From: Malacoraja senta
Taxonomy: Eukaryota
DNA: 64,000 nt
Direction: 5' to 3'
Assembly (NCBI GenBank): GCA_038087875.1
Contig: CM075989.1
Location: 17,548,001 to 17,612,000 of the forward strand
Under the pieces are notes generated by a model. It saw nothing but the letters and a program-made list of their open reading frames with translations. It was not told the origin of the DNA and searched no databases. Position numbers and translations under genes: made by a program. Of this stretch, positions 1 to 12,569 are shown in pieces. Each line of letters starts with the position of its first letter. The stretch's first letter is position 1.

Positions 1-245
1 TCCCCTCCTCCTCCTCCTCCCCTCCACTCCTCCTCCCCTCCTCCTCCTCCTCCTCCTCCTCCTCCTCCCCTCCTCCCTCCTCCCCTCTCCCTCCCTCCTC
101 CCCTCCTCCTCCTCCCTCTCCCCTCCTCCCCCTCCTCCCCCTCCTCCCTCCTCCCCCTCCTCCTCCTCCCTCCCCTCCCTCCTCATCCCTCCTCCTCCTC
201 CTCCTCCTCCACTCAACCCACCACCACCACCACCACCACCACCAC
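1..245. repeat. Polypyrimidine (CCT)n-like tract followed by (CAC)n
   Basis: Direct reading; counterpart of 6586-6857. Confidence 0.9.
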
Positions 246-3200
246 TCTTTCCTGCCTCTTGTCTTTCTGGCAGCCTGCCAAAAGGTCGCTGCTTCAAAGA
301 TAAATTCAATGGCCCGGCAGATCAGCTGTGATTCCAAGCATTTCGAAACTTGCCTTCTCGGTGACTGAGGAGCTCTGCGTTCTTCTGCGGGAGTGTGTGT
401 GTGTGTGTGCGTGGGCACTGTCAGGTTTGTGAACACATGCCGGCAACAGAAAGGCACCACAGCAGCTGGTTTCAATATGCACCGAGTCACTGTGAAAGGT
501 TCTGCCCAGTCCCCAACACGCGTGGAAAGTCCGTGCAGAGGGGGCAGATTCCTCGTCTCTCAACCACAAGGTGGTCGGTTCAATTCCTCTCCAGAGACCT
601 GATGGCAAAAATCTAGGCTTATTCTCTAGGGAAAGAGTGCTGCAGGGAGGAAGATGGTACCATCCAACTGCAGAAGCTAAACCGAGGACTACCTTTTACC
701 TTGCACTAAACGTTATTCCCTTATCATGTACCTGTACGATTGTAATCTTTCCCCTGTTATTGTCTTTCCCCTGGCTGGTTAGCTCACAACTAAGGCTTTC
801 CACTGTACCTCGGTACACACGTGACATTAAACTACACTGAAATGAACAAAGTCCTGCTTTCCTCTCAAATGGACAAAAAAATATGAGATAGGTTAATTTT
901 GGTGTAAAGGAGTAAAGGCCTGGCCAATGGTTAATTATTATTAATTAATGGTTAGTTAGATGATCTAAATTATTATTATTATGCCATTGACTGTGGGCGG
1001 GTTGTGTACTGGACTGGGTGTAACGGTAACGAAGTGCTTAAGACTATAGAGATACAGCGCGGAAACAGGCCCTTCGACCCATCGAGTCCGCGGCGAACAG
1101 CGATCACCCATATACCAACACTATCCTACACACGTGGGACAATTTACAATTTACAGAAGCCAATTAACCTGCAAACCTGCACATCTTTGGAGTGTGGGAG
1201 GAAATCGGACAGAGCACCTGGAGAAAATCCACGTGGTCACGGGGAGAATGTACAACTCGGCACAGATAGCACCCGTGGTCAGGATCGAACCTAGGTCTCT
1301 GGCGCTGTAAGGCAGCAACTCTGCAAGGCTGCGTCACTGTGCCACTTTGTTGACCATGTAGATGCAAAAGAGACGGTATAATTACGGGACATCTAGAACA
1401 TTTATAATGTATATCAACGAACATTTCAGCTCTGTTTTCCCAGGGCTGCTTGTCATAATTTGTCATAAAGAACTAATCTTCCCCGCTGTTATCAGACTTG
1501 AACAGAGTTTTAGCTGCTCTTGAAGAATTTCCCCTTCCATTTGTTATGGCCTTGTACTATTTATTGAATCTGTACCTTCTCTCTAGCTGTTAATACCAAA
1601 TTCAGCACTGTTTGTTTTCCTTTTACACGACCTGACATATGCCTGCAAACAAAGTTTTTCACTATCTCGTGACAGATGACAATAATAACCAACCCATTAA
1701 TTCCATCAAGTCTACACTTCTGCTCTTTGTGCAGAATGATTACAGAATGATTCACTGTACCTCGGTACATGCGGCAATAAAACTAAATTAGACTAAACTA
1801 AAGACTCATTAACGCCCCTCCAGAAGCACCATCCACAGTGGAATCCAATGAGTTTGAACTTTAACTTTGAGATTGAAGAACCCAACACCAAAGTAATATT
1901 ATTTGCAGAAAACAAAGAACTGCAGATGCTGGTTAATACATAGAAGGACACAATGTGCTGGAGTAACTCAACAGGTCAGGCAGCATCTCTGCAGAAGATG
2001 GAGAGGGGACTTTTCAAGTCGAGACCCTTCTTCAGACTCTTTGGACTAGAATATCTCCCTTGTTTCCTGTATTGAATACTGGCTAATTTCCTGGATTCTC
2101 ATTGTTCAGACCTCCTCTGAATTTGACATGAACTGTTTACTCTTGGCCTTCTGCATCCGCCCTTGTGCTGGAGTTTGCGTTGGTTGGATCCCTGAACTTT
2201 GCCAAATCTTGGGAGTTTGACAGTGGCCCCGTGTCTTGTCTGACAGTACTTGTAGCCTCGTGATGTGAAGAACAATACAATTGAACAATGTGTAAAGAGC
2301 TAATGGTTCCTCAGTTAACACCTCAAGAGCATATTCCCACAGTCAATAAAGAAAAACGAAATCCAGAGAGCATTAGGATTGGAAGGTCGTTGAGGAACAA
2401 GCTGGTATTTGGCACCAGTTCAGCTTATCAGGAAATCGCAATGGAATCAAACCCCAAGTTGACACCGTTGATTTGAAGGGTCTTGACCCGGAACGTCACC
2501 CATTCCTTCTCTCCAGAGATGCTGCCTGTCCCACTGAGTTACTCCAGCATTTTGTGTCTATCTTCGGTTTAAACCAGCATAGGTTGGCAACTTCTAGGTC
2601 ACTTATAGGAGTGCCCTTTCAGGGACACCCTCCTCATAGTGAAAACTCAGTTCTGTGTGAACATGTGCAGAGCTACTGACTGACCCTATCATGTTTCCAG
2701 ATCAGTCCCACCACTTTAATCAGGCTTCCGAGAAGGTATTGCTGCCAGGCCAAGGGTGCTTGGGGTGAGGGGGGAGGGGGGGGGAGGTGTAGGTGTTTGG
2801 GGCAGGTATGGTATCTGGAAATGATCATCTCTAATTTCCTGGTGAATCTAAAGGAGCAAAAAGTCAAGAGAAACCCCTCAGGCCATCTCCTCCCACAAAA
2901 CCTTCCTCCGAGAGGATATCACTGCAACAAATCTTTTCATTCCTTGCCCTCTACACCATTTAAACATTTTTGGTCAGAGATACAACATGGATACAGGCCC
3001 TTCAGCCCACCAAGTTCATACTGACCATCGATCACCCGTTCACACGAGTTTTGTTATCCCACTTTCTCCATCCACTCTAGGAGCAATTTACAGAGGGCCA
3101 ATAACCTACAAATCCGCACGTCTTTGGAATGTGGGGGAAAACGGAGCACCCGGAGGAAAGCCCATGCGGTCACAGGGAGAACGTGCAAACTCCACACAGA

Positions 3201-4189
3201 CAGCACCCGAGGCTGAGATCGAACTCGGGTCTCTGACGCTGCAATGCAACAGGTCTACCAGCCTAGCCACTGTGCTGCCTTTCTTACCAACCTCCTGGGT
3301 AGACACAAAATGCTGGAGTAACTCAGCGGGGCAGGCAGCATCTCAGGAGTGAAGGAATGGGTGACGTTTCGGGTCGAGACCCTTCTTCAGACCCGTTACC
3401 TCCAACCTCCTGTCACCTCCCACAGATCAATATTTTCGGTTCCATTGTCCTCAGCTCCCCGCCCAGCAACTCTGATCAGCGATGTACCAGTATCGAGTGA
3501 GAATGCAGTGGAGATTATTTAACAAAGTGACAGTTCATTCATTGTGAGAAGGTCCCCGCAAAATATACTGAACCTGTCCACCTAAAACCCAAGTAAATAC
3601 CTTCCAACCACGTGGTCTGGATACAGGCACACAAGCCGTGTTAAACTCTGTGTTGCCATTTGAAGGGTTAAAAAAAACATTGACGGGCAGAACTCTCGCC
3701 CTCCTTACATGTATGGTGCAAGGTTTCAGTTCAGCAAGCAACGTTTGTCCCAACGCTGCCGGTAGGAGAGGACAAAGAATTAATGAAAAGTGCGGAAATT
3801 CTCCTGGGGTCCATGCCCTGATCGTGAATTTATGGCCCTGGTGCTGTCTGTCCACAGAAAAGTAGCGCAGGGTTTCTGTTAATTAATATATTTTATCCAC
3901 TGATGTGGGAACAGATACAGACAAATTTTAGGACAAAGGGGAGAGAGATTGGATGAGCTCATGGAGTCTCCGGGGATATTCATCTCTCGATACTCCAGGG
4001 TCAGGGAGCAGAGTTTTACAGCATACGGTGTGTAGTTACACTCAGCCCAGCCTGTCCCATTTTCACGTGGAATGCAAGTAAAATCTCCCTACCCTTAACA
4101 GAACACAACACACACAGTGTATTCCAGGCTACCTTATTCCCATTATCACGGCACTGTTATTTTTAGCTGCGTTTTTTTTTTAAACACAG
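1..4189 (+). repeat. Near-identical duplicate of ~6586-11511 (likely uncollapsed alternate haplotype)
   Basis: Colinear match, e.g. 246 ctctttcctgcctcttgtc = 7677 and 4180 taaacacag = 11503. It ends exactly at the N gap and differs by many 1-bp indels. Confidence 0.9.
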
Positions 4190-4389
4190 NNNNNNNNNNN
4201 NNNNNNNNNNNNNNNNNNNNNNNNNNNNNNNNNNNNNNNNNNNNNNNNNNNNNNNNNNNNNNNNNNNNNNNNNNNNNNNNNNNNNNNNNNNNNNNNNNNN
4301 NNNNNNNNNNNNNNNNNNNNNNNNNNNNNNNNNNNNNNNNNNNNNNNNNNNNNNNNNNNNNNNNNNNNNNNNNNNNNNNNNNNNNNNNN
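4190..4389. other. Assembly gap (200 N)
   Basis: Run of n. Confidence 1.
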
Positions 4390-4874
4390 GTGAGGGCTAC
4401 ATGTATATATGTATGTAGTTTGTTTTGTTTGTGCTATTCTTATAACAAATGTAAAGCACTTTGGCCAATGAGAGTTGTTTTTTAATGTGCTATATAAATA
4501 AATGTGACTTGACTTGACTTGATTTCACCACAAACCCTGGGGGTAATTACGGTCCAGACGAGCTTACAACTGAGAAATACCAAACCCCGTTTTGTTCGAA
4601 ACAAGATGGTGAAATTGGAAAGGTCCCAGGGCAGAGCCGACCATGCGAATGAACTTTGTGAACTTGACCCGTTCCCCCTGCAAAATCCACATTGGTCAAA
4701 CAATCCATTGCTTATCACAGTGGTGGTTTTTTTTGGTTTTTTGGTTTCTACTGTACATATCATTTTTGTAAGTAATTGATTTAAATTATTTTTGGTTTAA
4801 ATAAAACAATCCATTGCTGCTTGTGGGGATGAGGGAGTCGACCGCCTGTGTGTTGGAGTCCTGGGAACAAAACT

Positions 4875-5340
4875 ATAGTTTAGTCTACTTAAGTTTATTG
4901 TCACATGTACCGAGGTACAGTGAAAAGCTTTTGTTGCGTGCTAACCAGTCAGCAGAAAGAAGACTACACATGATTACAATCGGGCCATCACGGTGGACAG
5001 TTACATGATAAATGGAATAATGTTTAGTGCAAGATTAAGTCCAGTAAAGTCCAAAAGTAAAGATAGTCCAAGGGTCTCCAATAAGGGAGATTCTAGCTCA
5101 GGAATGTTCTCTAGTTGTCGATAGGATGGTTCAGTTGCCTGATAACAGATGGGAAGAAACTGTCCGTGAATCTGGAGGTGTGTGTTTTCCCACTTCTGCA
5201 CCTCTTGCCTGATGGGAGAGGGGAGAAGAGGGAGTGGCCAGGGTGAGAGTCATCCTTGATTTGCTGCTGGCTTTGCTGAGGCAGCGTGAAGTATTGATTG
5301 AGCCAATGGAAGGGAGGTTGGTTGATGTGATGGTCTGAGC
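4875..5340 (-). mobile_element. Rex1/Babar-family 3' fragment
   Basis: ORF 5111-5392 contains IKDDSHPGHSLFSPLPSGKRCRS..THTSRFTDSFFPSVIRQLN, plus the 3' UTR ending (ctaaa)n. This UTR recurs at ~690-845, 15900-16100, 33770-34250, 39130-39490, 42630-42930 and 58450-58605. Confidence 0.8.
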
Positions 5341-5599
5341 TGCAGCCTTCTAGGATGGAGCTGTTCTCAAACCGGTCAGTTGCCTGTTCCACATCAGCAC
5401 CCTACTGGGTGGGAGGAAGGGAGGCATGGGTTGATGGCCGGGGAATTTTCCATTGCACTCACGTGGACACTTGTAACACAAAACACAGGAAGAAACTTCA
5501 GCAGGTGGGTCTGAATGTATTAAAAGTACATAAAGTGCTGGAGTAACTCAGCAGGTCAGGCAGCAACATGGATGGGTTTGGAGAACATGGATGGGGTTC

Positions 5600-5920
5600 T
5601 CTCACTTCAGGTAGCCCCGGCATTCCCGCTCTCTCTATCCCTTCCCCACCCAAGTCGCACTAGCTTCTCATTTTCACCCAACAAAACAGCTAACAATGGC
5701 CTGTTTCCTTTATCATCGTTACTTTTATGCATATATTTCATTCGTTCTTTATCTCCACATCACCGTCTATATCTCTCGTTTCCCTTATCCCTAACCAGTC
5801 TGTAGCAAAGATCCTATAGATTCTTTGGTCTGAAGAAGGGTCTCGACCCGAGATGTCACCCATGCCTTCTCTCCAGAGATGCTGCCTGTCCCACTGAGTT
5901 ACTCCAGCTTTTCGTGTCTC
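5600..5920 (+). mobile_element. Longer Penelope pLTR fragment
   Basis: cttcaggtagccccggcattccc...cacccaagtcgcac...ctgaagaagggtctcgacccg; the same segment recurs at ~46680-47000 (+) and ~45040-45350 (-). Confidence 0.7.
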
Positions 5921-6297
5921 TATATGGGTGGGTGATGTTTCGGGTCGAGCCCGTTCTTGCTCCTGTTCACCCAGCAAAGGAACATATTTAATGCAACTCT
6001 ATGGTTAAGATGGGATTTATTTTTTAAATCTCCTCACGCAGAGTGGGCAGCACGGGAGATTAAATCCGTTAAACCACTTGCGTAGAAAAAAACAAATGAC
6101 AATAACCTTTCGCATAGATGCAGGAGAAGTGCTAATGAAGGGTTAACAATGATCATAATCAGGTTGCCAGGAAGTCGGTGGGGGACAGGTAGAGGGAGCA
6201 GTAACTCAGGAGAGGGCACAGTGATCTTGGGGGAAGGGCACAGGAGCCAGGCTGTGTTGGCTGTGTGAGTTCCAGGCAGGAGTCTCGATGTATGTTC

Positions 6298-6328
<31 letters not shown>

Positions 6329-6585
6329 GCTGCCTATTCCTAGAAAGCAAATCCTGGCTCTGACTAGCAGTGTGCTCCGTGACACAGTTCCCCCACAGAC
6401 AGGCTTCTGGCAACCACAGCAGCTCCTCATGAAAGCACGGCACAGATCCAAAGAAACCAGAGTCAAATAACAGCCACACTCTCTGGGATCCGAGTCAACT
6501 TCTGGGCTCACGTGACGGAACTCCTTGCGTTTGGTTGAAAGGAGTCCACGCACGACAAACAGTCAAGCATGTTAAAACCACCCCA

Positions 6586-6857
6586 TCCACCCCCTCCTCC
6601 TCCCCTCCTCCCCTCCTCCCCCCCTCCTCCTCCTCCCCCTCCTCCTCCCCTCCTCCTCCCCCCCCCTCCTCTCCTCCTCCTCCCCCCTCCTCCTCCTCCC
6701 TCCCTCCTCCTCCTCCTCCTCCCCCCCCCCCCTCCTGCTCTCCTCCCTTCCTCCTCCTCCCCTCCCCTCCTCCTCCTCCTCCCCTCCCCTCCTCCTCCTC
6801 CTCCTCCTCCTCCTCCTCCACTCAACCACCACCACCACCACCACCACCACCACCACT
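6586..6857. repeat. Polypyrimidine (CCT)n-like tract followed by (CAC)n
   Basis: Direct reading. Confidence 0.9.
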
Positions 6858-7668
6858 ACAAGTGATCCTCCGTCAGTTTCGCCACCTCCAACGTGACCCC
6901 ACCACTCGCCACATCTTCCCATCTCCCCTATGTCTGCCTTCCGCAAAGACCGCTCCCTCCGTAACTCCCTTGTCAATTCTTCCCTTCCCTCCCATACCAC
7001 CCCCTCCCCTGGTACTTTCCCTTGCAACCGCAAGAGATGCAACACTTGTCCCTTCACTTCCCCCCTCCACTCCATTCCAGGACCCAAGCAGTCGTTCCAG
7101 GTGCGACAGAGGTTCACCTGCATCTCCTCCAACCTCACCTATTGCATTCGCTGCTCTAGATGCCAGCTGATCTACATCGGTGAGACCAAGCGGAGGCTTG
7201 GCGATCGTTTCGCCGAACACCTCCGGTCGGTCCGCAATAACCAACTGAACTCCCGGTGGCTCAGCACTTCAACCTCCCCCTCCCATTCCGTATCTGACCT
7301 CTCTGTCCTGGGTCTCCTCCATGGCCACAGCGAGCAACACCGTAAATTGGAGGAAATGCACCTCATATTCCGCTTGGGCAGTCTACATCCTGGTGGCCTG
7401 AACCTTGAATTCTCCCAATTCTGCTAGCCCTGGCTGTCCCCTCCCTTCATCAGCCATCTGGTTGTCTCCTCCCCTCCCCCAGCCCTCGGGCTCCTCCTCC
7501 TCCTTTTCCTTTTTTCCTTTCTTCTCCCCACCCCCTATCAGTCTGAAGAAGGGTTTCGGCCCGAAACGTTACCTATTTCCTTCGCTCCATAGATGCTGCT
7601 GCACCCGCTGAGTTTCTCCAGCATTTTTGTGTACCTTCGATTTCCAGCATCTGCAGTTCCTTCTTTAA
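6858..7668 (+). mobile_element. 5'-truncated Penelope-like retroelement (GIY-YIG endonuclease C-terminus + pseudo-LTR with hammerhead motif)
   Basis: ORF 6930-7427 contains PCNRKRCNTC...FTCISSNLTYCIRCSRCQLIYIGETKRRLGDRFAEH...RKLEE...GLN, typical of PLE GIY-YIG; frameshifted near 6930. Flanked by a caccaccact duplication (6848-6857 / 7669-7678). Absent from the duplicate copy at ~245. Confidence 0.9.
7543..7571 (+). ncRNA. Minimal type I hammerhead ribozyme motif in the Penelope pLTR
   Basis: CTGAAGA-A-GGGT-TTCG-GCCC-GAAA-CG-TT: core boxes, 4-bp stem II capped by UUCG, palindromic ACGU stem III. Confidence 0.75.
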
Positions 7669-7822
7669 CACCACCACTCTTTCCTGCCTCTTGTCTTTCT
7701 GGCAGCCTGCCAAAGGTCGCTGCTTCAAAGAGTAAATTCAATGGCCCGGCAGATCAGCTGTGATTCCAAGCATTTCGAAACTTGCCTTCTCGGTAACTGA
7801 GGAGCTCTGCGTTCTTCTGCGG

Positions 7823-7868
<46 letters not shown>

Positions 7869-10800
7869 GGGCACTGTCAGGTTTGTGAACACATGCCGGC
7901 AGCAGAAAGGCACCACAGCAGCTGGTTTTCAATAAGCACCGAGTCACTGTGAAAGGTTCTGGCCCAGTCCCCAACACGCGTGGAAAGTCCGTGCAGAGGG
8001 GGCAGATTCCTCGTCTCTCAACCACAAGGTGGTCGGTTCAAATTCCTCTCCAGAGACCTGATGGCAAAAATCTAGGCTTATTCTCAAGGGAAAGAGTGCT
8101 GCAGGGAGGAAGATGGTACCATCCAACTGCAGAAGCTAAACCAAGGACTACCTTTTACCTTGCACTAAACGTTATTCCCTTATCATGTACTTGTACACTG
8201 CCAATGGCTCGATTGTAATCTTTCCCCTGTTATTGTCTTTCCCCTGGCTGGTTAGCTCGCAACTAAGGCTTTCCACTGTACCTCGGTACACGTGACATTA
8301 AACTACACTGAAATGAACAAAGTCCTGCCTTTCCTTCAAATGGACAAAAAAAATATGAGATAGGTTATTTTGGTGTAAAGGAGTAAAGGCCTGGCCAATG
8401 GTTAATTATTATTAATTAATGGTTAAATGATCTAATTATTATTATTATGCCATTGCCAGTGCTTTAGACTATAGAGATACAGGCCCTTCGACCCATCGAG
8501 TCCGCGGCAAACAGCGATCACCCCATATACCAACACTATCCTACACACTTGGGACAATTACTATTTACAGAAGCCAATTAACCTGCAAACCTGCACATCT
8601 TTGGAGTGTGGGAGGAAATCGGACGGAGCACCTGGAGAAAATCCACGTGGTCACGGGGAGAATGTACAAACTCGCACAGATAGCACCCGTGGTCAGGATC
8701 GAACCTAGGTCTCTGGCGCTGTAGGGCAGCAACTCTGCAAGGCTGCGCCACTGTGCCACTTTGTTGACCATGTAGATGCGAAAGAGACGGTATAATTACG
8801 GGACATCTAGAACATTTACAATGTATATCAACGAACATTTCAGCTCTGTTTTCCCAGGGCTGCTTGTCATAATTTGTCATAAAGAACAAATCTTCCCCGC
8901 TGTTATCAAACTTGAACAGAGTTTTAGCTGCTCTTGAAGAATTTCCCCTTCCAATTGTTATGGGCCTTGTACTATTTATTGAATCTGTACCTTCTCTCTA
9001 GCTGTTAATACCAAATTCAGCACTGTTTGTTTTCCCTTTTACCTGACATATGCCTGCAAAACAAAGTTTTTCACTATCTCGGTACAGATGACAATAATAA
9101 ACCAACCCCATTAATTCCATCAAGTCTACACTTCTGCTCTTTGTGCAGAATGATTACAGAATGATTCACTGTACCTCGGTACATGCGGCAATAAACTAAA
9201 TTAAACTAAACTAAAGACTCATTAACGCCCCTCCAGAAGCACCATCCACAGTGGAATCCAATGAGTTTTAACTTTAACTTTGAGATTGAAGAAACAAACA
9301 CCAAAGTAATATTATTTGGCAGAAACAAAGAACTGCAGATGCTGGTTAATACATAGAAGGACACAATGTGCTGGAGTAACTCAACAGGTCAGGCAGCATC
9401 TCTGCAGAACATGGAGAGGTGACGTTTTCAAGTCGAGACCCTTCTTCAGACTCTTGGACTAGAATATCTTCCTTGTTTTGTCTATGATTGATACTGGCTA
9501 ATTTCCCTGGATTCTCACATTGTTCAACCTCCTTTGAATTGACATGAACTGTTACGATTGGCCTTCTGCATCCGCCCTTGTGCTGGAGTTTTGCGTTGGT
9601 TGTATCCCTGAACTTTGCCAAATCTTGGGGGTTTGACAGTGGCCCGTGTCTTTGTCTGACAGTACTTGTAGCCTCGTGATGTGAAGAACAATACAATTGA
9701 ACAATGTGTAAAGAGCTAAAGGTTCCTCAGTTAACACCTCAAGAGCATATTCCCACAGTCAATAAAGAAAAACGGAAATCCAGAGAGCACTAGGATTGGA
9801 AGGTCGTTGAGGAACAAGCTGGTATTTGGCACCAGTTCAGCTTATCAGGAAATCGCAATGGAATCAAACCCCAAGTTGACACCGTTGATTTGAAGGGTCT
9901 CGACCCGGAACGTCACCCATTCCTTCTCTCCAGAGATGCTGCCTGTCCCACTGAGTTACTCCAGCATTTTGTATCTATCTTCGGTTTAAACCAGCATAGG
10001 TTGGCAACTTCTAGGTCACTTATAGGAGTGACCTTTCAGGGACACCCTCCTCATAGTGAAAACTCTGTTCTGTGTGAACATGTGCAGAGCTACTGACTGA
10101 CCCTATCATGTTTCCCAGATTCGTTCCACCACTTTAATCAGGCTTCCGAGAAGGTATTGCTGCCAGGCCAAGGGTGCTTTGGGGGGGGGGGGGGGAGGGG
10201 GGAGAGGTGTAGGTGTTTGGGGCAGGTATGGTATCACTGCAACAAATGTTTTCATTCCTTTGCCCTCTACACCATTGAAACATTTTTGGTCAGAGATACA
10301 ACATGGATACAGGCCCTTCAGCCCACCAAGTTCATACTGACCATCGATCACCCGTTCACACGAGTTTTGTTATCCCACTTTCTCCATCCACTCTAGCGGC
10401 AATTTACAGAGGCCAATTAACCTACAAATCCGCACGTCTTTGGAATGTGGGAGGAAAACGGAGCACCCGGAGGAAAGCCCATGCGGTCACAGGGAGAACA
10501 TGCAAACTCCACACAGACAGCACCCGAGGCTGAGATCAAACTCGGGTCTCTGACGCTGCAATGCAACAGGTCTACCAGCCTAGCCACTGTGCTGCCTTTC
10601 TTACCAACCTCCTGGGTAGACACAAAATGCTGGAGTAACTCAGCGGGGCAGGCAGCATCTCAGGAGTGAAGGAATGGGTGACGTTTCGGGTCGAGACCCT
10701 TCTTCAGACCCGTTACCTCCAACCTCCTGTCACCTCCCACAGATCAATATTTTCGGTTCCATTGTCCTCAGCTCCCCGCCCAGCAACTCTGATCAGCGAT

Positions 10801-12069
10801 GTACCAGTATCGAGTGAGAATGCAGTGGAGATTATTTAACAAAGTGACAGATCATTCATTGTGAGAAGGTCCCCGCAAAATATACTGAACCTGTCCACCT
10901 AAAAACCCAAGTAAATACCTTCCAACCACGTGGTCTGGATACAGGCACACAAGCCATGTTAAACTCTGTGTTGCCATTTGAAGGGTTAAAAAAAAAACAT
11001 TGACGGGCAGAACTCTCGCCCTCCTTACATGTATGGTGCAAGGTTTCAGTTCAGCAAGCAACGTTTGTCCCAACGCTGCCGGTAGGAGAGGACAAAGAAT
11101 TAATGAAAAGTGCGGAAATTCTCCTGGGGTCCATGCCCTGATCGTGAATTTATGGCCCTGGTGCTGTCTGTCCACAGAAAAGTAGCGCAGGGTTTCTGTT
11201 AATTAATATATTTTATCCACTGATGTGGGAACAGATACAGACAAATTTTAGGACAAAGGGGAGAGAGATTGGATGAGCTCATGGAGTCTCCGGGGATATT
11301 CATCTCTCGATACTCCAGGGGTCAGGGAGCAGAGTTTTACAGCATACGGTGTGTAGTTACACATCAGCCCAGCCTGTCCCATTTTCACGTGGAATGCAAG
11401 TAAAATCTCCCTACCCTTAACAGAACACAACACACACATTGTATTGCAGGCTACCTTATTCCCATTATCACGGCACTGTTATTTTTAGCTGCATTTTTTT
11501 TTTAAACACAGTGACGCACAATAACAAAGTTAAAACTTGGCAGATGTCTCGAAATACTTGCACGGAGGCCGTGCATTTCTCCACCCTGAGACGCTTCAGG
11601 TTAGGGGCAGATTAAACAGCCTCACGGCGGCTGGGATTATCGGGTTGCTCTCCCCACACTGATGCAGAAGCCAAACGGCCCTGCATTGTGGTGCTGCACA
11701 AAGGGAGTGTCAGGGCCGGGGTCTGTGGCTCACACAGGCGGTGGCTTCCCATCTGGCGCCAGGTCAACCTTCTCACCAGAGGCCCCCTGAGCTACCAGCT
11801 GACTACCGCCGCGCAGGGGAAATCACAGAGGCGGAATCACATCTGCAAGGATACATGCATGCACACAGATTCATTTAAATCTCACACTCCTGGGAGAATT
11901 CTCCTGGACTCTTTGACTGGTATGGTACCTGAGAGAGTGCGCTAATGAATCCAGCCCAGTAAATTAAACCTTTCTAATTAAGTAGATGGTACATCCAATA
12001 ATTTGTTCATAATCGCCTTTATTCATCCATCATATTTTAGCTCTTGGCAGAGGCAGGGACTTATTCTCG

Positions 12070-12569
<500 letters not shown>

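Noticed and set aside
6495..6865. Poly-Pro/Gly/Glu ORFs
   Set aside because: Low-complexity CCT/CAC tracts.
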